From the IMG/VR virus record IMGVR_UViG_3300043015_001060, positions 1 to 58,615 of that record: a stretch of 58,615 nucleotides of DNA; one strand, 5' to 3'. The position numbers and the translations under genes were made by a program. The stretch is from a virus (Duplodnaviria > Caudoviricetes). The notes under the pieces are model-generated. The model was not told the DNA's origin. It did not search any database and was given only the letters and a program-made list of their open reading frames with translations. Of the stretch, positions 47,833-57,700 are shown piece after piece (the stretch's first letter is position 1; each line of letters opens with the position of its first letter).

Positions 47833-49201
47833 AGAGTACAACGAAGAAACACAGGAACTATTTTTAAGATTTTTACTTAGCGACAATGACTTGTTTGCTA
47901 GATGTCAAAACATAGTTAAGCCTGAGTTTTTTAATTTAAAATATAGAAAAGCAGTAGATCTTTTTATTAGCCATAGTGTAAGCCATAATGCTATCCCTAC
48001 GCCTGAACAAGTTAGTGCAGTAGCAGGTATAAAACTAGAACCTATTCCAAATGTAACACCCGATCATCACAACTGGTTTATGAATGAGTTCGAGACATTC
48101 TGCAGACACAAAGCATTAGAAAAAGCAATTATTGAAAGCACAGACTTGTTAGAAAAACAAGACTATGGTACTGTGGAAAATAAAATTAAAGAAGCAAGCC
48201 AGGTAGGCTTAGTAAAAGATTTAGGTTTAGATTATTTTGAAAATCCGAAAGAAAGACTTGAATGGATCAAAGCACAGGCTGGTGCTATTAGCACAGGCTG
48301 GAAAGCAATAGATCAAAAACTATATGGTGGCGTTAATAGAGGAGAAATGTCAATATTTGCAGGAGGGTCAGGAGCGGGTAAAAGTTTATTCTTACAGAAT
48401 TTTGCTGTTAATTGGGTACTTGCAGGATATAATGTAGTTTATATTAGTTTAGAACTTAGTGAGCAACTTATTAGTATGAGACTAGACAGTATGGTTTCCG
48501 GCTATGGCGTGAAAGAAGTTATGAAAAACATCAGTGATGTAGATCTAAAAGTTCGTATGAAAGCCAAAGGTGCAGGTAGACTTAGAGTAAAACAGATGCC
48601 TAATGGTGTTACATCAAATGATCTCAGAACATTTTTACGTGAATATGAAATATCCTGTGGTGAAAAAGTAGATTGTTTACTTGTAGATTATCTAGATTTG
48701 ATGATGCCTATAAGTACAAAAGTAAGTGGCAGTGATTTGTTTATCAAAGACAAATATGTATCTGAAGAATTACGTAATTTAGCAGTAGAAAGAGACTTAT
48801 TATTTGTTACAGCATCGCAGTTAAATAGAGGTGCAGTAGAAGAAATAGAATTTGATCATCACCACATAGCAGGTGGTATCAGTAAAGTACAAACAGCAGA
48901 CAATGTTGTAGGTATATTTACTTCAAATGCTATGCGAGAAAAAGGCAGATATCAAATACAGTTTATGAAAACACGTTCTAGTAGTGGTGTTGGCACTAAA
49001 GTAGATTTAAGATTTGATCCTGACACACTAAGAATAGAAGACTTACAAGATGGTGACGAAGATGCAATGACTATTACTACAGGTTCACTAGTAGATCAAC
49101 TTAAACGTAATAATAGTATCAAAGCAGACGAACCTGAAGCACAAGACACAGTTAGCCAAGCAATGAATATGCGTGAGTTCTTGAAAAAGAATGACTTATA
49201 A
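47819..49201 (+). CDS. replicative helicase (DnaB/gp41-like)
   Basis: AGGSGAGKS, YISLELSE, VDYLDL, TASQLNR, MKTR. Confidence 0.95.
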   Translation: MSDIKEYNEETQELFLRFLLSDNDLFARCQNIVKPEFFNLKYRKAVDLFISHSVSHNAIPTPEQVSAVAGIKLEPIPNVTPDHHNWFMNEFETFCRHKALEKAIIESTDLLEKQDYGTVENKIKEASQVGLVKDLGLDYFENPKERLEWIKAQAGAISTGWKAIDQKLYGGVNRGEMSIFAGGSGAGKSLFLQNFAVNWVLAGYNVVYISLELSEQLISMRLDSMVSGYGVKEVMKNISDVDLKVRMKAKGAGRLRVKQMPNGVTSNDLRTFLREYEISCGEKVDCLLVDYLDLMMPISTKVSGSDLFIKDKYVSEELRNLAVERDLLFVTASQLNRGAVEEIEFDHHHIAGGISKVQTADNVVGIFTSNAMREKGRYQIQFMKTRSSSGVGTKVDLRFDPDTLRIEDLQDGDEDAMTITTGSLVDQLKRNNSIKADEPEAQDTVSQAMNMREFLKKNDL

Positions 49202-49238
49202 TGATAAATAGCATTATACGTTTTTATTTGGAGAAGCG

Positions 49239-49505
49239 GTGAGAAGAAGTATATTAGAAGAACTTAATCAGATATCTGTAGATAGAGATAGAGATCATGT
49301 TGTTTCTAATAGAGGAGAGCATGTAATTAATAGTGCAATTAATCTTATCGAGCAAATAGAAGAATATTATGATGAATCAACTGCTAAAGATCTAACAAAC
49401 AGAATTATCAATAGTATTAAAGGCCGAGACGGCAAAAAATTCTCCAGAGGTATTACAAAGATTATAAAAGAATCTCAACGAGAAAAAGAAAATGCTGATA
49501 AATGA
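49239..49505 (+). CDS. hypothetical protein
   Basis: GATAAATA at 49203-49210; GGAG RBS and GTG start. Confidence 0.7.
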   Translation: MRRSILEELNQISVDRDRDHVVSNRGEHVINSAINLIEQIEEYYDESTAKDLTNRIINSIKGRDGKKFSRGITKIIKESQREKENADK

Positions 49506-50112
49506 AATTATTGAAGGTATTGTAGAAGCACCACAAGGAAATACTGCCTCCCCTTTGGATGCTAAAACACGTGACGACATTGCTGACAGAAAAACATACA
49601 GTATTAATGGTAGAAAATACATTTGGGTTAAAGAAGTTAGTGCCTGGTACAGTCAAAATGATAGAGCATACGTTAGACCCGGGTCAGAATCTGATTATGT
49701 TCTAACTACTTCAGTACTTAACATAATGAATCCAAGGAAAAAAATTACATTAAATCCTTTTAAATTAGCAAATGATTTAATAGCAAAACCAATTGCAAAA
49801 AGACTTGGATTAAGAGGTATAGGCAAAGCAACTAGAACTGATCCAAACGCAAGTATTATGAAAAAAACAGGCACAATGATAGGTGGAGCAATTGGAAGAG
49901 GTTTAGATAAAATGACAGGCGACGGTGGTTATAAATTTAATAGACGTGGAAAACTAGACGATCCAGAACTATCAAATACTCCTGATACTCCTAATACTTT
50001 CGACGAACCTAAGACTAAAAAACCGAATATTATAAATTTAGATAAAAAACGTAAAAAATCAAATAAAAAATCAAGTATCTTAATGCCAGGTGATCCTGAC
50101 TTTAGAAAATAG
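49492..50112 (+). CDS. putative internal virion protein
   Basis: N-terminus MLINEIIEGIVEA. Confidence 0.6.
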   Translation: MLINEIIEGIVEAPQGNTASPLDAKTRDDIADRKTYSINGRKYIWVKEVSAWYSQNDRAYVRPGSESDYVLTTSVLNIMNPRKKITLNPFKLANDLIAKPIAKRLGLRGIGKATRTDPNASIMKKTGTMIGGAIGRGLDKMTGDGGYKFNRRGKLDDPELSNTPDTPNTFDEPKTKKPNIINLDKKRKKSNKKSSILMPGDPDFRK

Positions 50113-50117
50113 TACAA

Positions 50118-51377
50118 ATGAAATTCAACGAAATTTCACAAGGATATGTTACTGAACTTATACTTGAAGCAGTAGGCAAAAACACTCATCTCGAGCATCT
50201 CGAAGATCATATTTTTAATAAAGGCTTTGAAGGAGCCAAAGAAGCAATAAATTATCTATCTAGTCTACACGAAATGCTAGAAGGAAATTCTAAAACTCCT
50301 ATCAGCATGACAACAAAATGGGATGGTGCTCCGGCAATCATTGCAGGCAGAGATCCAGAAACTGGTAAATTTTTTGTAGGCACCAAGGGAGTGTTTGCTA
50401 CTAGAAAGCCTAAAATAAACTTTACAGAAAAAGACATAGATGAAAATCATCCTGCAGAAGGCTTACGAGACAAATTAAAACTTGCATTAAGGACTTTGAG
50501 CAAATTGAATTGGAACACAGTTGCACAGGGTGATATGTTATTTTCTAAAGAAGATTTACAAAAAACAAATATAGACGGTGAAGAAGTTCTACTATTTAAA
50601 CCCAACACAATAGTTTATGCAGTCCCTACTAATAGTGATTTAGCAAAAGAAATTGCTAGTGCAGATATAGGCATTGTATGGCACACAGAGTATGTAGGTG
50701 GACCTACACTTGCAGATACACGAGCCAAGTTTGGTTTTAATGCTGATGTATTAGGTAATAGTAAAAGTGTATGGCATAGAGATGCTATAATAAAAAATTT
50801 AAGCGGCATAGTTACATTCACAAAAGAAGAAAGTATTGATGTACTAAATGCAATTAATTCTGCAACAGCATATATGAAAAGTATAGACTCTAGTACATTT
50901 AATTGGTTAGAACAAGGAAATGAATTAATAGGTAAAGATTTTTTACAACAATTAAAGGCTCATGTAAATAACAATATTAGAGCAGGAGCATTTGATAAGC
51001 CTACTAAATTTGCACAAGGATTTATTCAAAAGTACATAGCCTTTATGACAAAGGAAATAGACAAAGTTAAACAACAATCTACTAAAGATGCTAAATTACA
51101 AAAACAGGTAGCAGGTGTTAAATTTATAAGAAAAAATTTAAAAAGTATTGTAGCAGTATATGATTTGTATTTAAAAATCATAGAAGCAAAAATTAAGATT
51201 ATTAGGAAATTAGAAATAATTAGACAAATGCCTACATTTAAAGAAACAGAAAATGGGTATGAAGTAACAGGCGAAGAAGGATTTGTTGCAGTTGATAGAA
51301 AGGGTAATGCTTTGAAACTAGTTGATAGATTAGAGTTTAGTAAATTAAACTTTGGTTCAGGGAGGCCTGGAGCATAA
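50118..51377 (+). CDS. phage protein with ligase/nucleotidyltransferase-like motifs
   Basis: KNTHLEHLED, TTKWDGAP (KxDG), QGDML, EGFVA, LKLVDRLEFS. Confidence 0.6.
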   Translation: MKFNEISQGYVTELILEAVGKNTHLEHLEDHIFNKGFEGAKEAINYLSSLHEMLEGNSKTPISMTTKWDGAPAIIAGRDPETGKFFVGTKGVFATRKPKINFTEKDIDENHPAEGLRDKLKLALRTLSKLNWNTVAQGDMLFSKEDLQKTNIDGEEVLLFKPNTIVYAVPTNSDLAKEIASADIGIVWHTEYVGGPTLADTRAKFGFNADVLGNSKSVWHRDAIIKNLSGIVTFTKEESIDVLNAINSATAYMKSIDSSTFNWLEQGNELIGKDFLQQLKAHVNNNIRAGAFDKPTKFAQGFIQKYIAFMTKEIDKVKQQSTKDAKLQKQVAGVKFIRKNLKSIVAVYDLYLKIIEAKIKIIRKLEIIRQMPTFKETENGYEVTGEEGFVAVDRKGNALKLVDRLEFSKLNFGSGRPGA

Positions 51378-52513
51378 TGGATACTATGACATTAGATCAG
51401 ATGTTATCAAAGTTACAAAAAGATATGAAAGAAAGGCATCATCCAGATTGGCTTGGCTGGGTAAGTCAAAATAAAGTTTTTAAATTAAAAAATATTGATA
51501 TAGACTCTGTATCTCCTGCAGATGGTTGGCAAGGAAATAAAGATAACATAGATAACATGTTTAAGAGTAATTTAAGTGATGCTCCTATCATTGTAGTTCA
51601 TAAAAATGGCGGCATTATTGATGGCAATCATAGACATCAAGCATTAAAGAAACAAGGTGCTAAAACAATACAAGCCTATGTGGGCGAAGATAAAATGGAA
51701 TTTAAATTAATAGATAAAGAAATATCAGAAGCAAGACTATGGCGTCAAAGTAGACAATTTGGCGAGATGGATGGACGAGGTATTGCCGATTTATTATATC
51801 TAAGTTTTTTATCGTTGCTTACATTTGCAAAAGATGATTATAAATCCGATTATGCTAAAGCATATGCAAGACAAACTTCGCAGTATGGTACTTTTACTAT
51901 GTTTAGGAGCCATGCTACAGACATTTATCTTTTAGCATATCAAGTAAAAAATCCAAAGAACAAACATATAAGTTTAAAAAATAACATAGAAAGCACTAGG
52001 TTTTTAAAAAGTTTATCTTTCGATTCTAGAAAATTTTATTTCATACTATCTAAAATTGCAAGAGGCAATCTCAATAAAAGCGAAATATCTACATACCTTT
52101 TTAGATTAGAAGCACAACTTAAGATATCAAATGCAAACTTTAAGCAATATAGACGTTACATCAATGATTGGGAAAATTTAAAATTTGCACAAAGGCAATA
52201 TGTTACCAGCAAACTTATTCAAGACTTTAGACGATTAGGTCGAGGAAGTGAAATGGTTTCATCTTTGAGTGATATGGCAAAGTATAAAAAATACAGAATA
52301 TCAGATGAAGTTAAGAGTAGAAGTTATAAAAAACCAAAACCTTCAGCAACTTCAAGAGTAGTTGGTACAGCCGCAGGTGCAATAGCAGGTAGGTATGTTG
52401 GTAAAAAGGTTGCAAAGAAGTTGGGCAAAGATATTGATAAATATAAGAAGTACGGCACAGGTATAGGCGCAATAGCAGGTTATTGGGCAAGTGGCCGGAA
52501 GAAACAACAATGA
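51377..52513 (+). CDS. ParB/Srx-like N-terminal domain fused to a helical phage protein
   Basis: PIIVVHKNGGIIDGNHRHQAL; the second module begins MEFKLIDKEISEA at 51695. Confidence 0.65.
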   Translation: MDTMTLDQMLSKLQKDMKERHHPDWLGWVSQNKVFKLKNIDIDSVSPADGWQGNKDNIDNMFKSNLSDAPIIVVHKNGGIIDGNHRHQALKKQGAKTIQAYVGEDKMEFKLIDKEISEARLWRQSRQFGEMDGRGIADLLYLSFLSLLTFAKDDYKSDYAKAYARQTSQYGTFTMFRSHATDIYLLAYQVKNPKNKHISLKNNIESTRFLKSLSFDSRKFYFILSKIARGNLNKSEISTYLFRLEAQLKISNANFKQYRRYINDWENLKFAQRQYVTSKLIQDFRRLGRGSEMVSSLSDMAKYKKYRISDEVKSRSYKKPKPSATSRVVGTAAGAIAGRYVGKKVAKKLGKDIDKYKKYGTGIGAIAGYWASGRKKQQ

Positions 52514-53019
52514 AAATAAACGAGATAATTTTAAAAGAAGAAGCATTTAGTCCCCAAGAGTTAACGGCTTATGCATCATCTCTTTATCAATTGGGTAGAA
52601 GTAGAGAAGCAGTTTTGACTTTACAAATTGCTTCTGATCCTAAATATAATAACTCGATTGATGCTATTCAAGGTGAAGTTGCACGTCGAATTTCTAAAAT
52701 GACTGGTGGCGATAACGAAGCATCTAAACAAGAATTTGATTCAGCAAAAAATAATTATGTCAAAGCATTTGGTGGTGCTCCTAAATCTAGTCCTAAATCT
52801 AGTGAAGAACCTAGATCACGAGGTGCCCAAGTAGGTAATACAAATGCTCAAAAGTATGATAAAAGACGAGCGTCTAGTTATAGACAAAAAGCCAAAGATT
52901 TTTATCATGACAATAAAATTGATACAACAAGTCTAGGATCAACAGTAGATACATCATTGAATTTAGGTCGAAAAATAAATTCAAAATTAGGTCAGTATTC
53001 ACCTAGATCATCTAAATAA
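52510..53019 (+). CDS. putative internal virion protein
   Basis: N-terminus MKINEIILKEEA; ATGA overlap with the upstream stop. Confidence 0.6.
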   Translation: MKINEIILKEEAFSPQELTAYASSLYQLGRSREAVLTLQIASDPKYNNSIDAIQGEVARRISKMTGGDNEASKQEFDSAKNNYVKAFGGAPKSSPKSSEEPRSRGAQVGNTNAQKYDKRRASSYRQKAKDFYHDNKIDTTSLGSTVDTSLNLGRKINSKLGQYSPRSSK

Positions 53020-53087
53020 AAACCTTTAAATTTGATAAATAAGTGCATATGATACTTTTATAGTATCTGTGTTTAAGGAGAATTAAA

Positions 53088-53348
53088 ATGGCACAATCAG
53101 ATAGAAGAGCGGCGGCGGCTGGTGAGTTTATTGGTAAAGATGTATTCTTAAAAAGTTTTCAACAACAATCAGGAAACATTTCAGCAACTCAATTAACAGC
53201 ACTAGTTAGTTCAGTCCAAAACTTGAACCTTTCAGTATTAAAACTTGGCGCAGTTAGTGGCGACACAGTTAATATGATTCTAGAAGGTGCAGACAACTTA
53301 GCAAACGGTGACCTAGCAGGACACGTTATTGCAGACGTCTCATTCTAA
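53088..53348 (+). CDS. small late protein (paralog 1)
   Basis: Own GATAAATA at 53034-53041, a hairpin, an AAGGAG RBS and a terminator. Confidence 0.8.
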   Translation: MAQSDRRAAAAGEFIGKDVFLKSFQQQSGNISATQLTALVSSVQNLNLSVLKLGAVSGDTVNMILEGADNLANGDLAGHVIADVSF

Positions 53349-53365
53349 GTTAAACTAAACTTAAT

Positions 53366-53392
53366 AAAAAGGCAGTTATACTGCCTTTTTTT
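53366..53392 (+). terminator. rho-independent terminator
   Basis: AAAAAGGCAGT-TAT-ACTGCCTTTTTTT; same stem family as 18688. Confidence 0.85.
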
Positions 53393-53462
53393 ATGGCTAA
53401 AAGTGATAAATAAAAGCAAAGGATACAGTAAAACAAGTATCCAGTAACATAGGAGAATTATA

Positions 53463-53711
53463 ATGGCACAATCAAACCCAAACGCGGCAGTTAGAGCGGC
53501 AAACGGATTCGTAGGAACTACTCACATTATGTCAGTTACAGACGTATCTGTAGTTTCAGTTGAAGCAGTATGTACAGAAGCACAAAACGAAGGTTTTGTT
53601 GTTGTAGCAGTTGAAAATGACGTAGCAAGTGACGGATGTCACATTGCGGTACAAGGCGCAGGCGCAACACCTTCATTCACAGGTGCAACATTAGTAGTAA
53701 CATTTAGTTAA
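53463..53711 (+). CDS. small late protein (paralog 2)
   Basis: Own GATAAATA at 53405-53412, a hairpin, an AGGAG RBS and a terminator; begins MAQS like paralog 1. Confidence 0.8.
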   Translation: MAQSNPNAAVRAANGFVGTTHIMSVTDVSVVSVEAVCTEAQNEGFVVVAVENDVASDGCHIAVQGAGATPSFTGATLVVTFS

Positions 53712-53730
53712 GACTTAGTTTTTACACAAA

Positions 53731-53760
53731 AGAATCCTCGTTTATACGGGGATTTTTTTT
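53731..53760 (+). terminator. rho-independent terminator
   Basis: AATCCTCGT/ACGGGGATT stem followed by a T tract. Confidence 0.8.
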
Positions 53761-53809
53761 GACTAGCAAAAAGTATAAACTGATAAATAGTACAAAGACG
53801 GAGACACAC

Positions 53810-54214
53810 ATGGTTGGACAAAGAAGCGGTGCGATGGGCAGTAGTGAGGTATTATCGAGTAATATAGAATATTACACACTATTCACTACAATTGATATCA
53901 CACAAACAGGCGATTTTTCTGATAACACACAAAAAGATTTTGAAAGTGTTGTACAAGTAATAGGTTTAAGAGCACAACCAATTATTATGAATACACCGGT
54001 AGCACTTAATGGTGTAGGCCAAAATCTTTTAGAAAATTATGGTGCACCAAGCATTACTGGAGCAGGTTGGATTTTTAAATTTGCTTTTGAAAGAGAAGGT
54101 GTACACACATTAGACACGTTAAAAGATGAATTAAACGGTATTGTTTTAAACGGCGGTACTATAGATACAAAGAGTTCTATCAATATGGAATTCACTAAAC
54201 AAGATTTATTATAA
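53810..54214 (+). CDS. small late protein (possible distant paralog 3)
   Basis: GATAAATA at 53782-53789 and a GGAG RBS; start moved to 53810. Confidence 0.75.
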   Translation: MVGQRSGAMGSSEVLSSNIEYYTLFTTIDITQTGDFSDNTQKDFESVVQVIGLRAQPIIMNTPVALNGVGQNLLENYGAPSITGAGWIFKFAFEREGVHTLDTLKDELNGIVLNGGTIDTKSSINMEFTKQDLL

Positions 54215-54215
54215 T

Positions 54216-54458
54216 ATGCCAAAAAAGCCTACAATTAAAAAAGAAACTAAGCCTTATAATCAAGACGGAAACCTAGAAGCACACATAATTGCTGACATGC
54301 TACGAATAGAAAGCATTACTACTGAGTTACGTGAATTTAAGGATGATACAAAAATGCGATTTAACAAATTAGAAAGTTGGATTGTAGCCATTGTAGGCAT
54401 AACAGTAACATCTTTACTTGCTATTATTGGTATCTTCATAGAGAGTTTACTTGGATGA
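54216..54458 (+). CDS. coiled-coil protein with a C-terminal TM helix
   Basis: RIESITTELREF...RFNKLESWIVAIVGITVTSLLAIIGIF. Confidence 0.65.
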   Translation: MPKKPTIKKETKPYNQDGNLEAHIIADMLRIESITTELREFKDDTKMRFNKLESWIVAIVGITVTSLLAIIGIFIESLLG

Positions 54459-54733
54459 AATTACAAGAATTCAGCAGTATACTTGAAGCCAGAATGGTAT
54501 GGCGTAAACAAGGTAATAAGATTAAACGTGCAGTTCGTTGTACTAGTGGTCCTAGAAAAGGTAGAGTGGTTGCAACATCATCACAATGTTCTAAACCTAT
54601 CAACATAGCAAAAAGATTAAATCTCAAACGAACTAAAGCCAAACTAGGTGGCAGGATGAGGTTCAAAGCAAAAAGAACAAAGAGAATGAATCCTTTGAGC
54701 AGAAGATTAAGAACACTTAATAAGAGAAGGTAA
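54455..54733 (+). CDS. highly basic putative internal/DNA-binding virion protein
   Basis: MKLQEFSSILEA followed by an R/K-rich body; ATGA overlap with the upstream stop. Confidence 0.7.
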   Translation: MKLQEFSSILEARMVWRKQGNKIKRAVRCTSGPRKGRVVATSSQCSKPINIAKRLNLKRTKAKLGGRMRFKAKRTKRMNPLSRRLRTLNKRR

Positions 54734-57700
54734 TGAAGTTTAAAGACTTACGAACTATTCAAACATTATTAAAAGAATATGGCATGACACCAGGCGCTCC
54801 TACGAGCAGTGGTAATCAACGTACAGGTTCTATTGTAAATAAAGTATCAAGTTCTCCTACTATTAATGGCACAAAGCAAAAAGAAAAACCAAAAACAGTT
54901 TCAGCAAACACAGTAAAAGTTAATTCTAGAATAACATCACCAGATGGTAAGAAATCAGGCAAAGTTGTATCACCAGTAAATAAGAATCCAGCATTTGGTG
55001 GCGTAGTAGTTCAAAGCGACGACGGTGAATATTTTATTATTAAAGGTAAAGATCGTGTACAAATGCAACCAGAAGAAGTAACTGAAGATCTAAAAGATTA
55101 TGCATCAACACCAGAAATACATAACAGAGCATTACAAATTGCCAAAGATGCATATAAAAAATCTAATAAGCAAGTATCCTTTACTAAATTATATGATAAA
55201 GCCTTAGAAAAAATAGACCCAATGTATGGTAATATTGAAGAAGGAAAATTAGGAAAGTTAGCAAGAAAAAATAATAGAAAATTAAAAATAAAAGATCTAA
55301 AAGGAAAGATTAAAAAACTTTCTAGAAAAAGGTTAAAAGAAGCAGACCCAAAACTTTTTGAAATAAACTTTAACAAAAAAGAAATAGCACAACAAGGATT
55401 AGATGCACCTGTAAAATGTGGATTTGAAGCAGAAACATTTTTCTATAGTGTAGAGGGCGGTAGATCCAATGACGTAGATGATATGAGCATCAGTGATATC
55501 GAATACGAATACGGTGATATGCCAGATCAAGTTTGGGAAGATTTTGAAGACTGGTTGTATGATAAAGGACAAGACGAATACTTAGATGACCTCATATATG
55601 ATAAAGTAGAAGAAGTCAGAGAAGATGAAGAATATTTAAATGACTTTATAGATAGTGGTTCAGGTCCAAGTTCAGAAGCAATAGAAAGATACAAAAAAGA
55701 TTTTGAGGAAGAAGACCCCAAAGAATACGAAAACCGTGAGGAAGACGGTTGGGAATATATGAACTGGGTCAGAGAATATGTTGAAGAAGAATACGAAGAA
55801 GCATACCTAGAATGGTTAAGAAATAATGTACAAGAAGATAATGATCTAGGCAATGATGCCAGAGAGGCCGCAAGACAAGACTATAATGTAGAAGATTGGA
55901 TATATCGCAACTACGATTATATGAGCAGTTTCCTTAATGATTATGGCTATGAGTATGGTGGTGGTAGTGGCGATGTTGAAGGTGTTGCAGATGAATTATG
56001 GAACTGGATAAAGGATAACAGTAAATTTGATAGTTATCCAGAAACAGGAGATTACGATGATACTTACACTACAACTAGTTGGGCAGTAGAAAAAGACAGC
56101 AGTATTGAACCTGATGAAGGTACAGGAGCAGAACTAATATCACCTGTGTTTGACAGTCCTAGAAAAATGCTTGAAGAAATGAGAAGTTTATTTCAATGGA
56201 GCGAAGAAAACTTTGGCACTAATAATTCTACAGGACTTCACGTCACAATGAGTTGGCAAGGTAAAAAAGCAGAACAAAATAAATTAAAAATGGCACTACT
56301 GTTAGGTGATGAATACTTACTTGCAGAGTTTGGCAGACTTAAAAACAGTTACACAAAAAGCCAATATCGAAATATTTTAAAATATGCTGAAGGCATGAAA
56401 CGTGGAGATGCAAAGAGTTTTAAACAGTTTGAAGAAATGCTCACAAAAGGTATAGATACTGGTAAGTTTAATAGTATACATTTCAAAGGCGAAAAAGACA
56501 ATGACTCAGAAAACAATCTTGTAGAGTTTAGAATAGCCGGTGGTACAGATTATAACACAATGTATGAAAAAGTTGTAAAAGCCTGTGTGAGATATGCTAC
56601 CATAATGAAAGCAGGTTATGAAGAAGATGCATTTAGAAAAGATTATGTAAATGCTGTATTTAGATTATTGCGTAAGGCACAGGAAATAGATCCTAACAAA
56701 TTAAAAGATTTAGAAGTAGTTAATCACGAAGTAATAGACTCTGCAAAAAGTATTGTGGGCAAAAAAGATTACTTTGATGTTATTAAATTATTAAGTACCA
56801 GTGTTGAATATTTACAAGCCTATAAAGAACTGAGTGATCCTGATGCAGATAAACAATGGAAACAGAGTATAAAGGATTACGAAAAAGGTACTGGTGACAA
56901 AGTAGAGATAGAAGAAGTAGAAGAAAAAGAGCCAATGACAGGATATATTATGCCTTCAGCCCTAGCACCTAGCAGAAGAGCACCTGGCGAATTAGACAAA
57001 GCACAAGACAGATTTGGGTCAGCAATAACATTGTTGGCAAGAGACATAGCAGATGGCAATAACAGAGCACCTGTTAGTGCTAAACACATTGGTGCATTTA
57101 GAAAGTTTGCCAAAGAATTAAAACTAGATATAAAACAAATAGAAAAACTGGCCTTGTCAGGAATGAATAATTATAATTTTGATGGAACTGACAAAGAAAA
57201 AATAGCAAGATTACAAAAAGGTATAAATTCTTTATTCAAGCAAGACATAATTAAGAAACCAGAATATCTGTCAATCAAAGACGTTGATGTTATCGGTAGT
57301 AAAATGTGGCAGTTCTATCAGTCAGATGATGCCAAAGATAATGGCAAAATGGATAAACTTGCAGACTTACTGGTTAACCTAAATCCCTCAAATAACAAAA
57401 TAGATGTTGAAGAAATATTAAGAGAATTACCACAAGAAAGAAGTGAAAATGGATTTTATGCTAAACTGAAAGGCTCCGGCTGGAATACAAGAGTATCATT
57501 ATTAAAGAACAACGGTATAACAAGTAAAGGCTCAGCACAAGAATTATTAAAATTCTTAGAACCATATGGTGGTTACAAACACCCAACAAGTCCAGACCAT
57601 CACGTTAATATAAAGAGTGATGATCCATATACAGACGTATTTCTAATGAGGCTCACACAGAGATTAAGAGCCAGGTTGGACCATTTAAAAGACCTGGAAA

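Noticed and set aside
25430-49201. Inteins or introns in terL, uvsX, uvsW, primase or helicase
   Set aside because: Lengths and motif spacing are normal, with no splice-junction or homing-endonuclease motifs.
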